DNA from: Macrostomum lignano
Lineage: Eukaryota
Assembly (NCBI GenBank): GCA_002269645.1
Contig: NIVC01003786.1
Location: forward strand, 1-64,000
Direction of reading: 5' to 3'
DNA: 64,000 nucleotides
The position numbers were made by a program, and so were the translations under genes. Under the pieces are notes generated by a model. It saw only the letters and a program-made list of their open reading frames with translations, ran no database searches and was not told where the DNA came from. Each line of letters starts with the position of its first letter. The first letter of the stretch is position 1. This document shows, one piece after another, positions 25,589-37,500 of this stretch.

Positions 25589-28500
25589 ATGGCTGAGGAT
25601 CTAGAAGCCAGCAGACGAGGCGGCGTCGGCAAGGATGCATGCCCCGGGTTCGAGCCCCAGCCAGTCAGGCGGAGCTTGTGCCGCAGCTGCCATCGGACGA
25701 AATCGCAGCACGGCGCGACCGGCACTACTTCGGCAGCTGCTGCGGCAGTCGCGGCAAGTGGCGGGTCGACATCGTCGCCGAGATCGTCGCGAACGTCGTC
25801 GTCTAGCGGAATGTCGCGTCGCGCTGCTGCGGCGTCTGCGGCGACGCCAGAATCGAAACGAAAGGAAAGAGAAGAGGAAGGAGGCGCCAGGGGCTTCGGC
25901 AGGGATTGTGAGCGATGCGAACTGGATTATAGCCTCTTTGACCCCCACATTCAACTGATCTTCTTGACCCCGATTCTAGAGGGTCTGCTGACCTTGACTC
26001 ATTTTTATGAAATTACCTGACAGCACGATACGGTTATAAACGCGTTAGTCAAGTGAATCCAAACCCTACCCTTGCCCTAACCCTAGCTCTCTACAAACGA
26101 ATGTTATATACACATGTAGCTGACTTTGCCAACCCCCCTCCCCCCCCCCCCAACGAACTATCGCAGCTATCAGTCGGTCTCGTTCAGCCAGCAAGGAGAG
26201 CCTTCGCTCCTGCGGCTCCGGCCGCTCAGCTGGTGGAGGTCGAAGCGCTGCCGGTAACCTTGACGACAAATACGTCGAGGAGCTGGAGAGCGACTTGTTC
26301 GAGCTGGAGGACAAGTACGCGGTGCTGTGCAGAGACAAACAGCTTCTGGACGCTCAATTGGAGGAGAGGCTGGGCGATATTGAGGATCTGGAGAGGGAGT
26401 TGGATAGTTGTAAGACCAGGTGAGTCTAGACTCAAAGACATCGGTTTTAAAGTAACAACTGTTGAAGCCTGTGATGTAGCTTGTGATGTCTCACGCACAA
26501 TCCTGTCGATTTCAGGGGCTCAACACTTGAGAAGCGAATTCCCCAGCTCGAGCAGGAGGTCCGCTGCTACAGAGAGCGTCTTCGACTTCCCGAATCCGAG
26601 CAGCGACCGGCGGCTGCCGACTTCGATGACTTCGAAGGTCGAGCTCGCGAGCTCGAGGATCTGTGCCGCGAGCTGACCGAAGAGAATGACCAACTCAAAG
26701 AGGAAGTTGAAGAGCTTCAACGCGAGCTCGAGGAGATGCACGACTCGTTCCAGGACAAGGAGGAGGGCCGGACGGGCACAGTTCGGGAGCTGCAGCGAGA
26801 GCTGGACGCGGCCAACAAGAGCTACCGGGTGGTGCAGTTCAAGCTGCGCAAGGCCGAACGACGCTTTGAGCAGTGCGAGGCTGAGCGAGCGGAGTTGGAG
26901 GAGAAATTCCGCCGCCTCGGCGAGAGAATTCTGTCAGGCGACGACAGCCTGCAGGTGAGCTTGACGGGATTGAGTTGCCTGCTAAAGAGGGTTGAGGGTG
27001 GGGTAGTGGTTCTTGAGACCCTAAACCGAGGGATTAGACTTTCAAGTGGGGCAGTATTTTCCTGCAGTTTTCCATAGGCGTAGGAACGGGGGGGCCAAGT
27101 GGGACCATGCCCCCCCACTTTTTAAAATGGGGGGCCAGTAATGGTATCTGGTCCCTCCACATTTTAAATGTTGCTTATTTTTGGTTTTTGCTGCTTTGCA
27201 TGAATGCATTTTGCTGCAGGGCGACAAAACATACCGCCTGCAGCGCCAAAATGAGTGCCTGCAGCGCCAAAATGAGTGCCTGCGGCGCTTTATAAGATGA
27301 GTGCTGACAAGACGGATTCTGAAAATAATCGGTACATGATAATGTGCATTTTCCATATAAAAAATCTGACTCGACGGGGGCGTGCGCCCTGTGCGCCCCC
27401 ACCCCCCCCCCCTAAATCCGTCACTGAACCTGGCCCCCACTTTTTGAAACGTTCCTACGCCTATGCAGTTTTCTCGGGGTCAAATATTCTATTTCAGCAG
27501 GGTGAGTTCTGATAACAGTTTGAATAGGGAATTTGCTGTCTCAGCCGCTCAAAAACGAATTATAAGATGGGGAAAGTCTCAAGAGTGGAAACCGCCCGGA
27601 AAAATGAGAATCCAAATGGAAATTACCTCCATTCTCGTCCCCAGTCCAGAAAACTTTGATAGGGATCATTTCAAAGAAAGTTGATTGATCTTTTCCGATG
27701 GCTGTCTGCTTGGGTTATGCGCTCCCAAGTGAACGGAGTGAAGTGCGGTATGTGGTGTCCCCCCTCGAGGCTGAGAGCTTTTCCCCCTGATTTGGTCCTC
27801 TTATCAATCGGATCTGTACTCGCGTGCAATTGTACTTTAGCTTTCTGATAGGGTTCCCTTTCACAAGCTCGAAACTTCACAACGTCGAATTGCTTGATGT
27901 CCGGCCCCGGGGGGTCCTTTGAGACTTCACAATAGCAAACTTAAGGTTTCTGTCTCTTCTCAGTTCTCTTCTTCTCTCGAATCTACTCTCTCTTTGTATC
28001 TTCTCTCTGATCTCATCTCTGATCTCTTCTTTCCTCTTCTCTCTCCCTCTCTCCTCGATTTGCTCTCCTTTCCTCTCTCATCTCGCCCGCATTCATGAGC
28101 TGGAGTCTTGATTATCAGATGCTTGAGGCAAATTGAGGCTTCGCAGTAAGAGACCGCCGTAGCCTAGTCGCAATAGCTGCGGCTGAGCTGTCGGTTGCAC
28201 ATCTGGCCATAGGGGCAGGTGTAATAAGTTATTATTATTAATATTCCTATTAGTATTGTTATTGTTATTATTAACATTGTTAATATTAATATTATTATTA
28301 TTATTAGTATTATTATTACAAACACGCTTTTCGACGATGGGAAACTTAAATTGCATGAAACGACCCCTTCTGATGTACCAGTTCGGTCACGTGGGACCTC
28401 TTTGCCTTTTAAATTCATGAGATCTCAAAGAGTCGAGAGGTTGCCCCTGTTTTGTATAAAAAGTGTTTATTAACATTCGTATGAACTCAACTTCTCGACC

Positions 28501-31500
28501 TTCCCAGATCCAAGAGCTGGAAGACGAGCTGCGAACGGCCAAGGAAGTCTCAGTCCGTCTGCACGATGAGCTCGAGTACATCGAGCAGAAGAGAAACCGC
28601 CTCGAGGCCGACAATCAGCGACTGAAAATCCAGCTCGAGTCCTCGGAGAGGGAGAAAATTCGACTAGAGAACGACATGGACCGAGTCCGTTTGGAGGTGA
28701 GCGATATGCGCTGACTCCCTGCAATGCTGTCCTTGGGTCAGGAGTCACTGAGCTGACCCATAGGGATAATGAATTTTGAAGCAGAGAATACTCAACAGAA
28801 AACTTTATAATTTGACATTTCACAGTTGGACAAGGTGAAAACTGATGCCGGAATTTCGGACGCAGGGCCACTTCAGGTGGTTGACAAGTCCAGTCCAAGG
28901 GTGAGTGAGGATACTTCTATAATAATTGGTGATTGAAGCTTTCACAATGCACTGATTGCAATACAAATTACTCGAGCTTCCACTGTCTCCATTCGTCTCC
29001 CACCCTACTCTACTTCCTCTATTCTTCTACAACAACTGAATCCTTGATTTCTGTCCCGTCGCAGCCTCGCCTCGGGCAGGCGGCTTCGCGCGAGTCCTCC
29101 GTAGAGGAGGACCACCTCAAGCGCGAGCTCTCCGTGGCGCGCGAGCGCGAAGCCGACCTGGTCGAGCAGCTGCGCTTCTCCAAAGAGGAAGTCAAAATTA
29201 TGCGACGCAAACTGCAAGAGGCCGAGGAGGAAAACGAAGCGCTCACGGCGAAGATCAACCGACTCGCCGATGGTGCCGGGGGTGGCGGAGGCGGCGTCGG
29301 CGGCGGAGGAGGCGGCGGCGGAGACGACGACAGCGCAGTCGACCTGGACGATTCGGAGGAGCCATCGACGGAGACTGTGACTCTTCGACGTCAGGTGCTT
29401 GAGTTGGACATGGTCAACCAGCGACTGCGAGGCAGCGTGGCGGCGCTGGAGTCTCGCCTGGAGTCGAGAGGCCTTGCACCGCACCTGAGCCCCAGCGACA
29501 AGCAGCTACTGTTCAAGTACAGTGAGTACATCGCTTTGCTAATCGATATTTATTTCAAACTGTGTGCTGACACCAAAATAAATTGTGTCTTGGATTAGAT
29601 TTCGCTTTAATACCCCCAGCGACAGATGTTTTAACTCTAACAGCCGTTTCAGCACCCTATGTTAAGATGGGTCTCGTCGACATAGAACTTCATTTTGAGG
29701 CCGGCATTTGCTCTTTCACGACTTTTGTGTTTATCTTCGTGCACTCGTAAGCCAGCAGCTCTGTAAGAAGTCTGTGCTCGTACTGAACTCATGCCCGCAG
29801 GCACTCAGGAAGCGGAATCTCTGCTCGGCCAATTGGACTCAGAGATGGAGGAGATGAAGCGGAAAATCACCACAGCCGCTCAGCTCAGCCCCGAGGACCT
29901 GGCGCTGCACGAGAAATGGCTCGAGGCCAACGAAGCCAGACGCCGATTGGACGCCAAAGTTGACGAGCTTCGAGTGCGCGTCTCGCAGCTGGAGTCGATG
30001 AATGCGGATCTTCGACTGGAAGCCGAGAGGCTGGAGGCCGGGCAGCGGCAGACGCAGCAGCAGCAGCAGCCGACGGCTTCGGGCACATCGTCGGAGCGAA
30101 GGAAGACCAGCATCGACCAGCTGGGAGCCGCCACCAAGGCCGACCTCATCCGAGAGGTTGGCGACCTTGAAGACGAGATCGGTGAGAAACCTTTTACAAT
30201 GGCCGGGTGGGGGGGGGAGGATGAAGCATTCCTAAAGCAACACCTGGGGTGACGTCATCTTCAATCAAGGTTCTGATTTTCGCGCCGGCTGGCATTTAGT
30301 CAGTAAGTAGCCAGTTATACGAGAGTCACGAATGTTCTGCATCATCAAACGCATTTTTACCTTTTGCGGTAGCTGCTCTGGGAATCGAGGCCGTGTCCTC
30401 CCGGACAAGAGAGCGGCGCCACGATGCCGCTCTGTCTAAATATCCCACAACCAAACCACGCTAAAACTGATTGTAATAATAATTACTGCATAGTAGATAA
30501 ACCACGCCGCTTCATCCAGAGGACCTCCAGCTGGCGATACGGAAGGGCACCATCCAATCGGAGAGCCTGGAGTACAGACTCAAAACAATGGAGGAAGATT
30601 TGAGCGAGAGTCGGCGAAATTTCGAAGAGGACGAGCATTTCTTTGTGGAACAGCTGGAGAAACTACAAAAACAGAACGAATTGCTTGGCGATTTGCTGGC
30701 GTTGGTTACAATGAGGAAGCGGTTTCTGTACGAGTATGAGAGGTGAGTAGTCTGCTGCCCTTTCTGCTAGTAGTCTGTAAGTTGCTGTAATTTGCTGTAA
30801 GTTATAGAAGCATGCCAGATTCGCTGCAAGGCATATACAGGTGTAGCAGCAAATTCGGTAAAGCTGCTTCAGGTGCTGTGTACAGCTTGTACAGGATCAC
30901 AACTTTCAGCCTGTTTTTCTACCGAAGCAACCCTATCAGGGCAGGGTGAATTGAAGCTTATAATTCCACTGGCTACTTCCAGCTCATTGAAATCCCCAAC
31001 ATGCTTGCAGAGCTACTTTACCTGTATTGACCCTGTTTTTCTGTTTGCAGCTCCGCCGATTCTGCCGACTCATCCGGACCAGGCGCTGGCGCTTCCGCGG
31101 ACAACGACGAAGTTTTCACAGATGGGCAGCCGCCGGAACAGGACGTCAAGTACTGGGACGTGAGTGCCGCGCCCGCGTTCTCGCTGTTTGAGTAGCGCCT
31201 GCTTAGTGCCTCTTCTCGTTGACTGCTTGTTAATTACACTGATCAATGTACGCGCTGTCGTGTCGTGTCACCCACCCCGGGCCCAAGAATTTAAGTGGCG
31301 ATTGAGTCACGTGACCAGACCACCACTGTACTTAGCGCCTGGTGCCCAATCCTAGAATGGTTCATTTGCTCTTATCTGCGTAGGATAATCTCTGCCCTTC
31401 GTGCCGCCCACCCCACGCCCAGTCCCAAGAATTTAAGTGGCGATTGAGTCACGTGACCAGACCGCCACTTAGCGCCTGGTGCCCAATCCTAGGATTTATT

Positions 31501-34500
31501 GCTTAGTTTATGCTTGGCTCATGTAACTCTTATCTTAGTCACGTCACCAGATCGCTGCTGCTCTAAGCGTCTAGTGCCCTGTTGTAATTGGTTGGCTCAA
31601 TTACTCTTTATCCACTGTATGTATGGTTAGGTTCTAGTGTCAGACGCCCGTGAATTGGGAAGTCCCATTACATGACTAGGACTGTACATGGCAGCTTGTG
31701 TTTAAAAAGTACATGTTGTACATTTCAGTGTTACCAACAATCAGTTTTATTGCCCCCATATGCAGAAAAAGTTTCTCGAGCGTCTGCACAGCCTTGAAAT
31801 TCTGCTTCGTGAGGAAAGACAGCGAACGAAGCACTACCAGAAGCGGCTGGACTCGATGCGAGAGGATCAGCGACGGGAAGTGATGGACAGTGAGAAGTAC
31901 AAAATAATGGTAAGGCTGTCAGACGGTTTGTGTTGTGGCGTGGGAAAAATTAAAGTGTCATAATAAATCGGGAAAACATCTGCCAACTTCAGAAAATACT
32001 CAGTGAAAATACACAACAGACGAAACTTTCCACACAAAATCCCAACCCTAAAGCAACTCCAACCCCCAAACACTCCAACCCCAAAACACTCCAACCCCAA
32101 AACACTCCAACCCCAAAACACTCCAACCCCCAAACACCCCAACCCCAAAACACTCCAACCCCAAAACACCCCAACCCCAAAACACCCCGACCCCAAAACA
32201 CCCCAACCCCAAAACACCCCAACCCCAAAACACTCCAACCCCAAAACACCCCAACCCCAAAATACTCCAACCCCAAAATACTCCAACCCCAAAACACCCC
32301 AACCCCAAAACACCCCGACCCCCGCAGATCGAAGACAAGGAAACCCAGCTAAAGGACTACCAGAACCGGTTGGAGCAGGGTAAGAAGAAGTACGACTCGC
32401 TCAAGCAGCTGGCTGAGACCCAGCAACAGCGCGGAAACGAGGAGTCAGTCCGAGCTCAGCTGGCCAAGCTCAAAACTCAAAACGACCAGCTGGCTGCCAA
32501 GCTGGCCAGGATGGAGAAGGAGAAAGCTGCGGCTGATTGCAGTCTCCAGGTGCTCAACGAGGAGCTCAAACTCAGAGAGGAGCACATCAGCGAGCAGGAC
32601 GAGAGCATGCAGACATTGCAGCGCAAACTAGTCGACGCTGATAGGGAGTTTGAGCGACTCAAAGGGGAGCTGCATCTGCTCAAAACCCAGTTCACTAGTG
32701 AGTACCAGATAACCTCTGTTGTAAACTGAATAGTCTTGTGTTTGCACTTGCGAATTTCCGGGCCGAGTACTTGCTCCCCAATCTCCCATCGACCCTCTCT
32801 ACCCTCTCTACCCTCTCTGCCCTATTTACCTACCCTCTTTACCTCTCTACCTTCTCTACCCTCTCTACCCTCTCTACCCTCTCTGCCCTATTTACCTACC
32901 CTCTTTACCTCTCTACCCTCTCTATCCTCTATACCCTCTCTACCCTCTTTGCCCTCTTTACCGCTTTACCCCTTCTACCCTCTCTACCCTCTGTCTTCAG
33001 TGCTCTCCTCTCCCTATCTATCCCTTTCATGTTTGCCGCCACCCTCCAATCCGCCCTGATCTGCTCTATGCTCACTCAATAGATAACACCCCAATTGGAA
33101 TTATTCCGCAATCAGGTTTCAAGTGCCAACACTTCAGGTGAGCAAAATTTACCGGAAAGTATCGAATCGGTGTAATTATAGTTTTATTCATTAGTTCATT
33201 CAGTCGTACTTTTATGAAACTTGGCAAACTGCTTCCTGCATTAACCCCAACTGCCTCATCTGCCTCTGTTGTCGCAAGACATCAACCAGCTGTCGTGCCG
33301 GTTTGTCAGGAGCAAAATCTGCGTAGTACAGAGCCGAGCGAACAGATGTTGCAGACTCTGCTGCCGCTAAGTGCAGCTCTGGCCAGTTTGCGCAAAAGTG
33401 CAAATTAAAATTGAATGTTTGAAAGATAGTTGGTGCAACAGTTGGTTCTCGAGACTGAATTTTGCACTATCAGTATTGCTGTCGTCTACTGTTATAGATC
33501 CGTGTTGTTCAATGGATTAAATATGCTTTGATATCCCACCACACCTCTTTCTCTCCATCCTCCCACTTCTCTCCTCATCCCCCATCTCTCTCCCATCCCT
33601 CACCTCTCTCCCCATCCCCACCTCTCTCCCCACCCCACCTCTCTCCCCACCCCCACCTCTCTTCCTATCCGCCACATCTCTCCCCATCCCCCACCTCTCT
33701 CCCCACCCCCACCTCTCTCCCCATCCCCACCTCTCTCCCCACCCCCATCTCTCTCCCCACCCCCACCTCTCTCCCCACCCCCACCTCTCTCCCCACCCCC
33801 ACCTCTCTCCCCATCCCCCATCTCTCTCCCCATCCCCCACCTCTCTCCCCACCCCCATCTCTCTCCCCATCCCCCACCTCTCTCCCCACCCCACCTCTCT
33901 CCCCATCCCCCACCTCTCTCCCCACCCCCACCTCTCTCCCCACCCCCACCTCTCTCCCACCCCCACCTCTCTCCCCATCCCCACCTCTCTCCCCACCCCC
34001 ACCTCTCTTCCTATCCGCCACATCTCTCCCCATCCCCCACCTCTCTCCCCACCCCACCTCTCTCCCACCCCCATCTCTCCCCACCCCCACCTCTCTCCCC
34101 ACCCCCATCTCTCTCCCCACCCCACCTCTCTCCCCACCCCCACCTCTCTCCCCACCCCCACCTCTCTCCCCATCCCCATCTCTCTCCCCATCCCCACCTC
34201 TCTCCCCACCCCCCCCTCTCTTCCTATCCGCCACATCTCTCCCATCCCCACCTCTCTCCCCATCCCCCACCTCTCTCCCCTCTCTCCCCACCCCCACCTC
34301 TCTCCCCACCCCCATCTCTCTCCCCACCCCCACCTCTCTCCCCACCCCCACCTCTCTCCCCACCCCACCTCTCTCCCCACCCCCACCTCTCTCCCCATAC
34401 TCAACTCTCTCCCCATCCCCCACCTCTCCCCAGCCCCCACACATCTGTCTCCTCCCGCGCACCTCCCAGGCGTCCGAGAGAAGTCCAACGAAGGCGCCCG

Positions 34501-37500
34501 CCTACGCGAAGAGCTTCGTCGTCGAGCCGCTGAAGCGGCCGAGCGGGACCGTCAGCTGGACGAGCTGCGGCAGCAGCTGGCGGCGGTGTCGGCCGACCTG
34601 GAGGCCACCAGGGAGCGGCAGCGGCTCGAGCAGGAGGCGGCGGCCGGCCGGGACGACCGGATCCGGGAGAAGGATGAGCTAATCAGCCTGATTAGCGGCC
34701 GCCTGGCCGGGCGGGAGCGCGAACTCGGCCGACTGGACGGCGATCTGGGCGAGGCGAGCCGGCGACTGTCCGAGGCGGAGGCTGAAGCTCAGGTGGCCAG
34801 GCAGCAGGCGGCGGACTGGGAGGCGTCGACAGGCGGCCCGGCGAGGCGGCGGCTGGCGGAGCTGACGGCGGAGCGCGCGGCAGCTGCCGAGGAGGCCGAG
34901 AAGCTGCGGAGCGCCGCGGCGGCTGCTGCCGGGAAGCCCGCAGAGGCCGCGGCGGGAGTCGAGGATGAGGCGCGGAGGCTGCGAGCCGAGCGGGATCGGG
35001 ACAGAGCGGAGACGGCGCTGCTGAGGCGGGATCTGGAGAGCATCAGAGCGCCCGGAGGAGCTGCCAGGGTGGGGCGCTTGGGATTCTGGGTTGCTTTTCT
35101 GGGATTTTTGCTTTCGCGCGTTTTCGTGTCTTCGTGTGCATGGGATCTGGGAAACACAAGGGGATCTGGGAAACACAAGGGGATCTGGGAAACACAAGGG
35201 GATCTGGGAAACACAAGGGGATCTGGGAAACACAAGGGGATCTGGGAAACACAAGGGGATCTGGGAAACACAAGGGGATCTGGGAAACACAAGGGGATCT
35301 GGGAAACACAAGGGGATTTTTAAAATATTCTGTTTGTCCGTCTCTGTCCCTGTGCTCATGTCTCCATATTCTTCTGTCTCTAAGCGAGAGATGAGATGAG
35401 AGATGAGAGAAAAAGACACAAACTTTGAGCGGGTTCGCCGGAGTCTGCCGGTAAAAGGACTCAAACTTATTGTTCCAATCTCTCAATGTCTCAAGGAAAA
35501 TATTCCCGCAACTTGCAGGAAACCGGGCAGGGGGACATTGCGAGCCATTGGTCATCGACCGGGGACCTGCCAACAGCAACTCGAGTCCGCCTGCGGCACC
35601 TGCAGCTGGTGGAGCGGATCTACCTGCAGCAGACTCACGAGCAGGTGACTTTGCAGCTTCAGCTCGAAGCCTACCAGCGCGAGGTCGACGAGTTCCGTCG
35701 GTTGTACACCGAGGCGGCCGACAGATGTCGGCGAGAGCGCGACGCCTGGGAAAAGCAGCGGGAGGCTCTGGAGGCTCAGCTGAGGGCGGTGAGGATGGGC
35801 CGGTTTTTTCTGGCTCCGCTACTCTGAGTAGGATGATGAGCGAATTGGCGGAATTCCAGGACTACTTCTAGTAGAATAGCAAAAGGCGTGACACCATGGC
35901 ATTGGTAGCTGGTAGCTGGTAGCTGGTAGCTGGTAGCTGGTAGCTGGTAGGTGGTAGGTGGTAGGTGGTAGATGGTAGGTGTTAGCTGGTAGCTGGTATG
36001 TGGTAGCTGGTAGCTGTTAGCTGGTAGGTGGTAGGTGGTAGGTGTTAGCTGGTAGCTGGTATGTGGTAGCTGGTATGTGGTAGCTGGTAGCTAGTAGATG
36101 GTAGCTGGTAGCTGGTAGCTGGCAACCGGTAGCTGGTAGGTGGTAGGTAGTAGCTGGTAGCTGGTAGCTGGTAGCTGGCAACCGGTAGCTGGTAGCTGGT
36201 AGCTGGTAGGTGGTAGGTGGTAGGTGGTAGGTGGTAGCTGGTAGCTGGTAGCTGGTAGTTGGTAGCTGGTAGCTGGTAGCTGGCAACCGGTAGCTGGTAG
36301 GTGGTAGCTGGTAGCTGGTAGCTGGTAGCTGGTGGGTGGTAGATGGTAGCTGGTAGCTGGTAGCTGGTAGCTAGTAGGTGGTAGCTGGTAGCTGGTAGAT
36401 GGTAGCTGGTAGCTGGTAGCTGGTAGATGGTAGCTGGTAGATGTTAGCTGGTAGCTGGTAGGTGGTAGATGGTAGCTGGTAGCTGGTAGTTGGTAGCTGG
36501 TAGCTGGTAGCTGGCAACCGGTAGCTGGTAGGTGGTAGCTGGTAGCTGGTAGCTGGTAGCTGGTGGGTGGTAGATGGTAGCTGGTAGCTGGTAGCTGGTA
36601 GCTAGTAGGTGGTAGCTGGTAGCTGGTAGATGGTAGCTGGTAGCTGGTAGCTGGTAGATGGTAGCTGGTAGATGTTAGCTGGTAGGTGGTAGATGGTAGC
36701 TGGTAGCTGGTAGCTGGTAGCTGGTAGCTGGTAGACGTTAGCTGGTAGCTGGTGGGTGGTAGATGGTAGCTGGTAGCTGGTAGCTGGTGGGTGGTAGATG
36801 GTAGCTGGTAGCTGGTAGCTGGTAGCTAGTAGGTGGTAGCTGGTAGCTGGTAGATGGTAGCTGGTAGCTGGTAGGTGGTAGGTGGTAGGTGGTAGGTGGT
36901 AGGTGGTAGCTGGTAGCTGGTAGCTGGTAGTTGGTAGCTGGTAGCTGGTAGCTGGCAACCGGTAGCTGGTAGGTGGTAGCTGGTAGCTGGTAGCTGGTAG
37001 CTGGTGGGTGGTAGATGGTAGCTGGTAGCTGGTAGCTGGTAGCTAGTAGGTGGTAGCTGGTAGCTGGTAGATGGTAGCTGGTAGCTGGTAGCTGGTAGAT
37101 GGTAGCTGGTAGATGTTAGCTGGTAGCTGGTAGCTGGTAGATGGTAGCTGGTAGCTGGTAGCTGGTAGCTGGTAGCTGGTAGCTGGTAGACGTTAGCTGG
37201 TAGCTGGTGGGTGGTAGATGGTAGCTGGTAGCTGGTAGCTGGTGGGTGGTAGATGGTAGCTGGTAGCTGGTAGCTGGTAGCTAGTAGGTGGTAGCTGGTA
37301 GCTGGTAGATGGTAGCTGGTAGCTGGTAGCTGGTAGATGGTAGCTTGTAGCTGGTAGCTGGTATGTGGTAGCTGGTAGCTAGTAGCTGGTAGCTGGTTGC
37401 TGGTAGCTGGCAACCGGTAGCTGGTAGGTGGTAGGTGGTAGCTGGTAGCTGGTAGCTGGTAGCTGGCAACCGGTAGCTGGTAGCTGGTAGCTGGTAGCTG

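Noticed and set aside
26055-26090. Telomere-like AACCCT tract in SOGA intron 1
   Set aside because: Only a few degenerate units; not meaningful.
33083-33137. Possible SOGA micro-exon with strong donor CTTCAG|GTGAGC
   Set aside because: Both candidate acceptors give lengths (22 or 55 nt) that break the frame, and exon 10 joins exon 11 in phase without it.
35142-35315. CSL/Su(H) site array (TGGGAA)
   Set aside because: Units read CTGGGAA, lacking the G required by the GTGGGAA consensus.
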